From: an uncultured delta proteobacterium
Lineage (GTDB): Bacteria > Desulfobacterota > Binatia > Binatales > Binataceae
DNA: 64,000 nucleotides
Assembly (NCBI GenBank): GCA_963721485.1
Contig: CAVRJV010000014.1
Span: forward strand, 139,134 to 203,133
Direction of reading: 5' to 3'
How positions within the stretch are numbered: the stretch's first letter is position 1; the number at the start of each line of letters is the position of its first letter. A model generated the notes under the pieces. The model had not been told where the DNA came from, made no database searches, and was given only the letters and a program-made list of their open reading frames with translations. Of this stretch, positions 56,205-64,000 are shown piece after piece. Made by a program: the position numbers and the translations under genes.

Positions 56205-56530
56205 TAATTTAATTTGAAACCCACGGTGGGTTTCAAACTTCCTTCGGCAGGGGTGACCCCTGCACCCAGTAATATAAAGAGATGCGGGACTTCGTCCCTG
56301 TTAGGAACTCGTTTTGGGAGAGGCGGCGGCCGTCCGGGTTCCCTCCTCCTACGTGGGAGGAGGGTTAGGATGGAGGACAAATGCGCCGCGCAAATTTCTG
56401 GAGCACGGCACGTTCCTGTGCGGGTACGAGCAGCAATCAGAAATTTAGAAATTAAGGTCCTCCACCCGCCGTGCGCGAACGCACGTCGGCCTCCTCCCAC
56501 GAACGGAGGAGGCGAGGATAGGATTGTCGT
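56205..56530. repeat. composite REP/BIME-like array: repeat family B copy 3 (56213-56304) plus at least two further hairpin modules
   Basis: Family B copy 3 (56213-56304) is followed by a gttccctcctcctacgtgggaggagggttagg hairpin (56336-56376) and a 56457-56525 module matching 8293-8345. The array fills the intergenic space between the hydrolase and bcp. Confidence 0.8.
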
Positions 56531-56544
56531 CGCCGGCGGAGTGG

Positions 56545-57084
56545 CTACGCGATTTCCTTTAGCGCCCCGAGCACTTCCTCGGTGTGGCCGTTCACCTTCA
56601 CCTTCGGGAACACCTTCCGCACGATGCCCGCCTTGTCGATTATGAAAGTCGTGCGCTCGATGCCCATGAACTCGCGGCCGTACAGCGACTTCATCTTGTA
56701 CACGCCGTAGAGGTTGCAGACCTTGTTGCCGGGATCGGCGAGCAGCGGGAAGTTCAGATCGTGCTTGGCGATGAACTTGCCGTGCGAATCGGTCGAGTCG
56801 GCGCTGATGCCGACGACCTTCGCGCCGAGCTTTTTGATGGGCGCGATATTGTCGCGGAAGCTGCACGCCTCGATCGTGCATCCGGGCGTCATATCCTTGG
56901 GATAGAAATAGAGCACGAGGCTATTCGCGCCGATCAGATCTTTCAGCGCGACGGTTTTTCCGCCGGCGTCGAAGAGCTCGAAGGAGGGTGCCTTCTTTCC
57001 TGCGAGCGCGGCGCCGGCGCTCTTGGCGGTTGCGGATGCGGATTTCTTCGGAGCTTTGGCGGTGGATTTTTTGGATGTCGGCAT
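56545..57084 (-). CDS. bcp: peroxiredoxin (Bcp-type thiol peroxidase) with Lys/Ala-rich N-terminal extension
   Basis: The ORF is intact at 179 aa. It has the peroxidatic motif FYPKDMTPGCT and a resolving Cys (EACSF). Confidence 0.85.
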   Translation of the reverse strand: MPTSKKSTAKAPKKSASATAKSAGAALAGKKAPSFELFDAGGKTVALKDLIGANSLVLYFYPKDMTPGCTIEACSFRDNIAPIKKLGAKVVGISADSTDSHGKFIAKHDLNFPLLADPGNKVCNLYGVYKMKSLYGREFMGIERTTFIIDKAGIVRKVFPKVKVNGHTEEVLGALKEIA

Positions 57085-57270
57085 GGGACTGATTTAGCCG
57101 CGCTCGCCGCTTGAGGCAACTTGGACCTCTATTCGGCTCGCGCGCAGAAATTTCCGAAGTTCACGAAACCCCCATATTAGAAGGGTTTCGTCGCCCCTAG
57201 TTGACGAGGTGCCGGTCTCCCCTTAGACTTGGCGGGCTGACAGTCTTCATTTGATCGCGCCCGCATCGCT

Positions 57271-58306
57271 ATGGCCGTTTACACCGAGTTAAGCAAACCG
57301 TTTCTAAAGGAGTTGGCCGACGACTACGGTCTCGGCCGCGTCAGCAGCGCGACCGGTATCCCCGAGGGATCGGTCAACACCAACTACGTGCTCGAAGCGG
57401 CGAAGGGCAAATTCCTGCTGCGGATCGACGAGGTCAAAAGCGAGAACGAGCTGAAGCGCGAGATCGATCTGCTGTCGTTCCTGCGCAAGCATGCGCTTCC
57501 CGTGCCCGCATCCGATGCAGGATCGGATGGGGCGCTTCTACCGCAACTACAACAACCGCTGCGTGTCGCTGTTCAAGTACCAGGAGGGCAAGGTGCTCGT
57601 GCCCGCGCGTCTCAAGCCGAGCCAGCTCGAGACGATCGGGCATGCGCTCGGCGACCTGCACGTGATCGGCAAGGCCTACAAGAAGGGAATCGACAACCGC
57701 TTCAGCTTCGAGCGAATCGCCGACCTCTACCTGAGCGTGCGCAACCGGCTGCCGAACTACTTCCGCAAGATTTGCCGCACGCTCGACGACGAAGTCGAGT
57801 ACCTGACGCGTTACCTCGAAGGCAAGCTGCCCAAGGGCGTGATCCACGGCGATATTTTTTCGGACAACCTGCTGTTTCGCGGCGAGAAGCTGACGGCGAT
57901 GCTCGACTTCGACGCGGCCTGCCGCGGCAAGTTTATTTTCGATATCGCGACCGCGGTCAATGCGCTGTGCTTCGTCGACGGCAACTACTCGCTCGACCGC
58001 TTCCGCTACCTGCTGTCAGGCTACGAGTCGGTGCGCACGCTGTCACTGGCGGAATGGGACGCGTTTCCCAACGAGCTGCGGTTTTCGTCGCTGCGCTTCA
58101 CCGTGACGCGGCTGCATGATTTTTTTCTGTCGCCCGTTGACGGCAAGAATCGCGTGGACAAGGACTTCCGCGAGTTCTTCGATCGCCTGCGCGTGCTGCG
58201 GCGCGAGCGCGAGGGCGGGATGGAGCCGCTGCTGATGGCGATGGCGACCGGCTACGACTATCGCAAGTACCAGAAGGTCAAGGCGACCGAGCGCCGCCAG
58301 GCGTGA
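57271..58306 (+). CDS. thrB: homoserine kinase type II (aminoglycoside phosphotransferase fold); frameshift near 57500
   Basis: The N-terminus is in ORF 57271-58119 (EGSVNTNYVLEAAKGKFLLRI). The body is in ORF 57491-58306 (GVIHGDIFSDNLLF...MLDFDAAC). Confidence 0.75.
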
Positions 58307-58327
58307 GACTCGCCGACTGATTCGCGC

Positions 58328-59253
58328 ATCCGCGGAGAAATCCGTTGCCGCTCAATCCTCGACAGCCTGAACGCCACCGCGCCCGCGCTATGGCTCGAAG
58401 TGTCGCCGCCGCGCGGAATCAATCCGGCGCCGCTGCTGCACCAACTCGGTGAGCTGGCGGGGCATGTCGATGCGATCAATCTGACCGACAATGCGCTCGG
58501 GCAAGGTGAAGATGTCGGGGCTGGTGTTCGGCGCGGCGATCAAGGAGCGGCTTGAAAATTCCGGTCGTGCTGAACGTCTCGTGCCGCGACCGCAACCGCT
58601 TCGCGCTGAAGTCCGATCTGCTGGGCGCGGCCGCGATCGGGATCGACGCAGTGGTCGCGCTCAACGGCGACAAGATTCCGCCCGGCGCCGACGGCAATGC
58701 GATCGTCTCGCACGATATCGACGCCTACGCGCTGCTCGCGATGGTCGCGGCGCTGAATCGCGGCGATACCGGCGAGGGCAAGGCGCTGCTCAAAGCGATC
58801 CCGTCGCTTGTCGCGGGCTCGGTCGCCAATCCGAATCGAAAAAATATCGAGCGCGAGTTCGAGCTGCTCGAGCGCAAGGCCGCCGCGGGCGCGCGCTTCG
58901 TGATCACGCAGCCGGTGTTCGACGCCGAGACCGGCGCGCCGCTTCGTCGGCGAAGGCGCAACAGCCTGGGAATCAAGACGATGCTCGGTATCCTGCCGGT
59001 CAAGCGCGAGGCGATGGCCGACTACCTGATCGACCGCGTGAAGGACCTGAGCGGCGCGCGCAGCCATCTGGACAGATACGCCGGGATGAGCGAAGAAGAG
59101 GTGCGCGCGATGTCGATTCGCGAGAACCTGGCGCTGATGAAGTCGTTGGCTCGCGACGCGGCCGGGTTCATCATCATGAGCGGCGGCGGCCCGTCACTCG
59201 CGATCGAGCTGGCGCTCCAGTTCAGCCGGTGGCGCAAGGAGATCGGTAAATGA
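58328..59253 (+). CDS. methylenetetrahydrofolate reductase-like (MetF family) protein; N-terminal frameshifts, start not identified
   Basis: ORF 58552-59253 is MetF-like ([38 protein letters not shown]...[11 protein letters not shown]). The N-terminal segment ([24 protein letters not shown]) is in another frame beginning right after the thrB stop. Confidence 0.55.
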
Positions 59254-59893
59254 ACCGAACTCAGGCAAATGGCTCGCAGGCCAAAGTGGCGGCGGTAAAA
59301 GACGGCACTGAGCCGAATGACGCGGTCGGCCGCGACAAGCTCGAAGATGCGGTCCGCGTGATCCTGCGGCATATCGGCGAAGACCCGGAGCGCGAGGGAC
59401 TCGAGCGCACGCCGGCGCGCGTCGCCAAAGCGTACGAGTTTCTGACCAGCGGCTACGCGCAGGATCCGAAGGAAGCGATCAACGGCGCGCTGTTCCCGAA
59501 GAGGATTACCAGGAGATGATCCTGTGCAAGGATCTCGATTTCTATTCCCTGTGCGAGCATCACCTGCTGCCGTTCATGGGCAAGGCGCATGTCGCGTATC
59601 TGCCGAATCGGAAGATCGTCGGGCTCTCGAAGCTGGCGCGGATGGTCGAGATTTATGCGCGGCGGCTGCAGGTGCAGGAGCGGCTGACGACGCAGATCGC
59701 GCAGACTCTGATGTCGGAGATCGACCCGCTGGGCGTCGCGGTGGTGCTCGAGGCCGAGCATCTATGTATGCGGATGCGCGGCGTCGAGAAGCAGAATTCC
59801 TACGTCACGACGTCGGCGATGCTGGGGGTGTTCCGCACCAATCACGAAACGCGGCACGAGTTCATGCAGTTGCTGAGGAATGGGCAGCCGTAA
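59250..59893 (+). CDS. folE: GTP cyclohydrolase I; frameshift near 59500
   Basis: ORF 59250-59519 gives the N-terminus ([19 protein letters not shown]). ORF 59516-59893 gives the catalytic core ([22 protein letters not shown]...[21 protein letters not shown]). Confidence 0.85.
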
Positions 59894-59909
59894 AAGGCGT
59901 CTAGGTGTC

Positions 59910-60872
59910 ATGGTTAGGGTTCACTTCATAAACGTAGGCCACGGTGACTGCACCATAATCGAGCACTCAAGTGGTAACCTCACGATGATCGATATTAACA
60001 ACGGCGACGATCTTGATTCTGAATCTGCGCGGGACATCGCAAAGGCTTACGGGATCGAGAACTACGGGATTAAATCAGCCTTGGCAAAGGCGCTCGGCGA
60101 GAGCCGAGAAGAGCTGTTAGAAAAATCGGGTTATGACATCGAATTGACGAACCCAGTGCTTTTTTTCAAGGGAAAATATCCGAATCGTGGATTGTTCCGA
60201 TACATCCAGACCCATGCAGACCTCGATCACATGCGAGGCCTAGTGGCGCTGCGAAATGAGGGAATTGGCATCCAGAACTTCTGGGATACAAACCATGATA
60301 AAGAACCAGACTTTCATTGGCCCGGGGACAGGGAGGAATGGAATGAGTATCTCCAACTCGCGGAAGGGAATCGTGGAAACACAACGCTGTACCTGACGCG
60401 TGACCAACATGGGCAATTTTACAATCGCGACAGCGGTGGGAACCCTCCCGGAGATGGATTAGAAATCCTGTCTCCTCCTCCAGAGATGATGACGGAGATT
60501 AGAAAAGGCGTTGATACAAATAACCTAAGTTACGTACTTCGCCTGACGTATAAGGGAATCGTCGTGATCTTCGGAGGAGATGCCGAAGACAGGGCATGGG
60601 ATTCGATCGTCGACCACTACGGCGATAACCTGAAGTGCCAGGTGCTTAAGGCTAGCCACCATGGGCGAGATTCAGGGTTCCATCAGGAAGCCGTCAAGCT
60701 CATGAATCCCGATTTCACTATTGTTTCGGTTGGAAAAAAACCGAGCACCGATGCCAGCAACAAGTATCGGCAGTATTCGAAAAACGTGTGGTCGACTCGC
60801 TGGCGCGGAAACATAACGCTCACCATTCCTGATAGCGAACAGGCGAGAATCGACTCAGAATACGACAGGTGA
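59910..60872 (+). CDS. stand-alone metallo-beta-lactamase-fold protein of the ComEC/Rec2 C-terminal nuclease type; intact frame, low-GC
   Basis: VHFINVGHGDCTIIE, THADLDHMRG (HxDxDH) and VLKASHHGRDSGF parallel the MBL domain of the comEC gene in this window (SVGEGDGAVVRF, SHPDLDHFGGL, LKVPHHGSATS). The ATG at 59910 is preceded by AAAAGG/AGGTG. Local GC is about 50% against about 67% in the flanks. Confidence 0.8.
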   Translation: MVRVHFINVGHGDCTIIEHSSGNLTMIDINNGDDLDSESARDIAKAYGIENYGIKSALAKALGESREELLEKSGYDIELTNPVLFFKGKYPNRGLFRYIQTHADLDHMRGLVALRNEGIGIQNFWDTNHDKEPDFHWPGDREEWNEYLQLAEGNRGNTTLYLTRDQHGQFYNRDSGGNPPGDGLEILSPPPEMMTEIRKGVDTNNLSYVLRLTYKGIVVIFGGDAEDRAWDSIVDHYGDNLKCQVLKASHHGRDSGFHQEAVKLMNPDFTIVSVGKKPSTDASNKYRQYSKNVWSTRWRGNITLTIPDSEQARIDSEYDR

Positions 60873-61537
60873 TCATGCGCGGGTTCGAGTTCTATGAAAT
60901 CGTGGGAGTTTTGGTTCCCGGAAGCATTTTGCTCGTCGGGATCTCCATCTTGTACCCCCAAATTCGCTTGTCGCCCCAGGATGCTAGCGTAGCCGTCGGA
61001 GAGTTTGGGATCTTCACGCTGCTCGCATACGGGATGGGACATCTTCTGCAAGCCATCGGCAACGCGTTGGAATGGATGTGGTGGCACCTCTGGGGTGGGC
61101 TTCCAAGTGACTGGATCAAATCGACCGCGCATCCACTGCTTTCCGAGAATCAAAGGGCGACACTTCTGACTCAAATCGGCCGAAAGCTAGGTGTTACAGT
61201 TCCGGCAGACCCAACCACTATTGATGCGCCTGCCTGGTTCGGAATCACTCGACAAATGTATGCGGCAGTAGCTGGGGCAGGGCGTTCTCAGCGCATCGAT
61301 ATTTTCAATGCAACTTATGGGCTATCGCGTGGTATCGCCGCCGCAGCAGTCTCTCTGGCCGCGCTTGTGTTGGTCGAGCAAGGCTGCAACGGCCTGAAGA
61401 CAGCGGCGCTTTTGTTCGGAGCCTGCGCTATCGCAATTTATCGGATGCACCGCTTCGGTAAACACTACGCGCGCGAGCTGTTTGTCCAGTTCCTTCAGCT
61501 TCCGATGCCGGTGAACACCGAGGGACGTGCTGATTGA
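60869..61537 (+). CDS. hypothetical polytopic membrane protein (4-5 predicted TM helices); intact frame, low-GC, translationally coupled to the MBL gene
   Basis: The 222-aa ORF overlaps the MBL stop (ATGA). Hydrophobic segments are VGVLVPGSILLVGISILY, FGIFTLLAYGMGHLLQAIG, IAAAAVSLAALVLV and TAALLFGACAIAIY. No family is recognisable. Confidence 0.55.
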   Translation: MIMRGFEFYEIVGVLVPGSILLVGISILYPQIRLSPQDASVAVGEFGIFTLLAYGMGHLLQAIGNALEWMWWHLWGGLPSDWIKSTAHPLLSENQRATLLTQIGRKLGVTVPADPTTIDAPAWFGITRQMYAAVAGAGRSQRIDIFNATYGLSRGIAAAAVSLAALVLVEQGCNGLKTAALLFGACAIAIYRMHRFGKHYARELFVQFLQLPMPVNTEGRAD

Positions 61538-61618
61538 AGGACTCTGCTCCACGCTCCTAGGTGGTGTTGCTCGCTTAATCGCGGAGCTGGGATCACTCTG
61601 AGTGTTTGATAGAAAACT

Positions 61619-62290
61619 ATGCCGGCTGATGATGCATCGCTGGAGGCGCTGGGGCGGTATGCGCTCCGGTACGTTAAGCCGGGGCAGACCTGGGTCTCGG
61701 CACCGGGCGGGCGGCCAGTGCGTTCATTCGGGCTTGGGAGCGAGCGGGATTAGCGTGCGCGGAGTGCCCACTTCCAAGGCGTCGGAAGAGTTGGCAAGGT
61801 CGGTGGGGATTCCGATCGTTACGTTGACCAGGCGGGAAAAATCGACATTGATATTGACGGGGCCGACGAGGTCGATCCGCGGCTCAATCTGATCAAGGGC
61901 TATGGTGGCGCGCTGGTGCGCGAGAAGATCGTGGCCGCGTCGTCGCGGCGGTTTGTCGTGCTGGTCGGTTACGAGAAGATCGTGAAGTGGCTGGGCGAGC
62001 GCGGGCCGCTTCCGGTCGAAGTGATGCCGTTCGGGTTGTCGCTGGTGAGGCGAAGATCAAGGCGATGGGGATGAAGCCGCAGGTTCGCGAAAAAGACGGT
62101 CAAGCAGTACATCACAGATAACGGCAACCTGATTCTCGACTGTGCGGTGAAGAAGATTGCGAATCCGGCGCGGCTGGATCGCGAGCTGCTCGCGATTCCG
62201 GGCGTGGTCGGCACCGGGTTGTTCATCGCGATGGCGGACGTGGTGCTGGTGGCGGAAGAGTCGGGGAAGATTCGCGCGTTCAAGCGGTAA
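61619..62290 (+). CDS. rpiA: ribose-5-phosphate isomerase A; about 3 frameshifts
   Basis: The N-terminus MPADDASLEALGRYALRYVKPGQT has its ATG at 61619. It is followed by VGLGTGRAASAFI (shifted frame) and VPTSKASEELARSVGIPIVTL...IDIDIDGADEVDPRLNLIKGYGGALVREKIVAASSRRFVVLV...GVVGTGLF. Confidence 0.8.
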
Positions 62291-62296
62291 GGAGGA

Positions 62297-62400
62297 GCGC
62301 TGCGCGATGTTCAGAACCGGAACCGGCTTCGCTCGCGGCGAAGCTGTCCGAGGTTCCTCCTCCCGTCGCTTCGCTCCTGTCGTCGGAATGACACACAGAC
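62297..62400 (+). repeat. intergenic repeat family A, copy 3
   Basis: See 37903-38008. It lies between the rpiA stop and the glycerate kinase start. Confidence 0.8.
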
Positions 62401-62418
62401 GTTGCTCGCGTCGTCAGA

Positions 62419-63773
62419 ATGACCGAGCTGCCGATGGCAGAAAGCGCAAGAGGGCCGATCTCGAGAAGATTTATCGCGCTGCGGTGGCGGCTGTTGATCC
62501 TGCGCTGCTCGTCGGCATCGCGATGGATGGGCGATGTTCCGGCGCGGAGCAGGTTCCCGATTTGATTGCGGGCGCGTCGCGAATTCTGCTGCTCGCGGTG
62601 GGCAAGGCGGCGGGCGCGAATGGCGCATGAAATCGAACGCCGCGTCGGGGACAGGCTCGCCGATGGAATCGCCGTGATCCCACGAAAGATCAGCGGGCGG
62701 CAGCGGCGCTGCTGTCGCCGGGATCGAAGATGCGAGTCGTTCGCGTCGAGTCATCCTGTCCCTGACGAGTCGTCGGAGCAAGCGGCGCTGTTGGCGTGCG
62801 AGATGCTGCATGGGGCGACGGCCGACGACCTGGTGATCGTCGCGATTAGCGGAGGCGCGTCGGCGATGTTCACGCTGCCTGCCGAGGGGCTCACGCTCGC
62901 CGACAAAATCGCGGTCAACGAGGCGCTGCTGAAAGCCGGGGCGTCGATTCGCGAGCTGAATACCGTGCGCAAGCATCTGTCGGCCGTGAAAGGCGGACGC
63001 CTGCTTGCCATTGCGGCGGAGCGCGCGTGCTCGGGCTGATTACTGTCCGATGTGCCGGGCAATGATTTGGCGACGATCGGGTCGGGGCTTGACTGCGGCG
63101 GACTGGAGCAGCTTCGGCGACGCCGTCTCGGTGATGAAGCGGCGCGGCGTGTGGGGGCGCGCGCCGGAGGCGGTGCGCTCGTACCTGGAGCGAGCGGTGG
63201 CGGGCGAAGTGGGCGCGACGGTGAAGACCGGCGATCCGATTCTCGAGCGCGTGACCAACGTGATAATCGGCGACGGCAATCTGGCTCTGGAAGGCGCCGA
63301 GCGGGCCGCGGTCAGAACTTGGGTATCATCCGCATCGATGGAAGGGGTTGCATGGCGAGGCTAACGACGCCGGCCGCGCAATCGCGGAGGACATGTGCGA
63401 GATCACACATGAGCGGGTGTGCGTCGTGGCGGGCGGTGAGCCGGTCGTGACGGTACGCGGGGGCGGGAAGGGTGGGCGCGCGCAACAATGTGCGCTGGCG
63501 ATGGGAATCGAGCTGTCGCAAATCGGGCGCGGGCGCCGAATCGCGGCGCTGGTCGCGGGCACGGACGGAATCGACGGGCCGACGGATGCGGCGGGCGCAT
63601 TTGCGTCGCCGGGCACGGTCGCCGATGGCGAGCGCGGCGAAGGTCAGTGCCGCGACCGCATTGACGCGCAACGACGCGTACAACTTTTTTCAAGGGGTCG
63701 GGCGGGCTGTTCATCGACGGGGCCGAGCGGGACCAACGTCAGCGACGTTTTTTTCGGGCTGGTGAATTATTGA
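62419..63773 (+). CDS. glycerate kinase (MOFRL family, glycerate 2-kinase/hydroxypyruvate reductase-associated type); about 4 frameshifts
   Basis: Segments lie across ORFs 62157-62630, 62566-63039, 63005-63364 and 63348-63773. They include EKIYRAAVAAVDPALLV, ILLLAVGKAAGAMA, DLVIVAISGGASAMFTLP, NTVRKHLSAVKGGRL, CVVAGGEPVVTVRGGGKGGRAQQCALA, GTDGIDGPTDAAGA and TGPSGTNVSDV. Confidence 0.75.
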
Positions 63774-63808
63774 ATGTGTGGGGGCGGGCGAATTCAGAGC
63801 AGAGCCAG

Positions 63809-63850
63809 AACCTCACCCCTAACTCCTCTCCCTTCTGGAGAGGGAGCGGA
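63809..63850. repeat. REP-like hairpin module (cccctaac + ctctcccttctggagagggag)
   Basis: It has the same 'gttagggg' plus GC-hairpin organisation as 8225-8250 and 56336-56376. Confidence 0.5.
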
Positions 63851-64000
63851 ATTGCGCGCTGAACGAGGAGGACCTTCGGCTCGACGACCCGGCGGACTCC
63901 GTTTTTCCTTTTGCGGTTGAATGGCTCCGAGAGATCATTACATCGGAGTACCGTGAGCAAAAAATCCAACCACATAATAAAAGCCCGACGCGGCCGCGCG

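Noticed and set aside
59880-59912. ATG at 59880 as the MBL gene start (ORF-track start), overlapping folE
   Set aside because: The ATG at 59910 is preceded by a purine-rich RBS-like sequence (AAAAGG...AGGTG) and avoids a 14-codon overlap with folE. The first 10 residues from 59880 ([10 protein letters not shown]) have folE-frame GC composition.

Overview
This 64 kb window is high-GC (roughly 65-70% by eye) bacterial chromosomal DNA carrying about 60 protein-coding genes and no rRNA, tRNA or CRISPR. The gene content (type II secretion, a myxobacterial-style ether-lipid enzyme, F420/LLM-type oxidoreductases) suggests a Deltaproteobacteria/Myxococcota- or Acidobacteria-like genome, but this is inference only. 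It reads like a metagenome-assembled or long-read contig: most high-GC genes are recognisable only by stitching two to five six-frame ORFs together, which looks like pervasive 1-nt indels. Coordinates of interrupted genes are therefore approximate.

In order along the window:

(1) 175-6990, minus strand. A lipid locus: a fatty acyl-CoA reductase next to, or fused with, an AMP-ligase-ACP-lysophospholipid-acyltransferase multidomain protein. This resembles the ElbD enzyme of myxobacterial ether-lipid biosynthesis. A LarA/DUF2088-like protein and a HAD-IB hydrolase complete the locus.

(2) 7165-15340. Regulators and redox genes: a TetR regulator, a PPOX-class protein, a ferredoxin, a PQQ beta-propeller lipoprotein, an aldo/keto reductase, and two paralogous SDRs flanking a CpxP-like/ECF-sigma/anti-sigma module.

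(3) 15459-20257. uvrC and comEC.

(4) 20426-24790. An acyl-CoA dehydrogenase, an acyl-CoA mutase large subunit, its B12-binding small subunit (IcmA/IcmB-like split mutase), and a second acyl-CoA dehydrogenase.

(5) 28336-35707, minus strand. A compact operon encoding the conserved triad of circularly permuted ATP-grasp, alpha-E and transglutaminase-like proteins, immediately preceded by two ABC exporter half-transporter genes.

(6) 39552-48660, minus strand. A type II secretion operon, gspE-F-G-H-I-J-K-L-M-N, with no gspC or gspD in the window.

(7) 49655-59893. Housekeeping and catabolic genes: three crotonases, a dienelactone hydrolase, a VOC protein, hisG-hisI, bcp, type II thrB, a MetF-like gene and folE.

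(8) 59910-61537. A roughly 50% GC two-gene island with intact frames: a stand-alone ComEC-type metallo-beta-lactamase-fold protein plus a polytopic membrane protein, inserted between folE and rpiA.

(9) 61619-63773. rpiA and a glycerate kinase.

Two families of structured intergenic repeats occur. Family A is about 105 bp with three direct copies. Family B is a hairpin-containing element of about 90 bp with three copies, and there are further REP/BIME-like hairpin modules.
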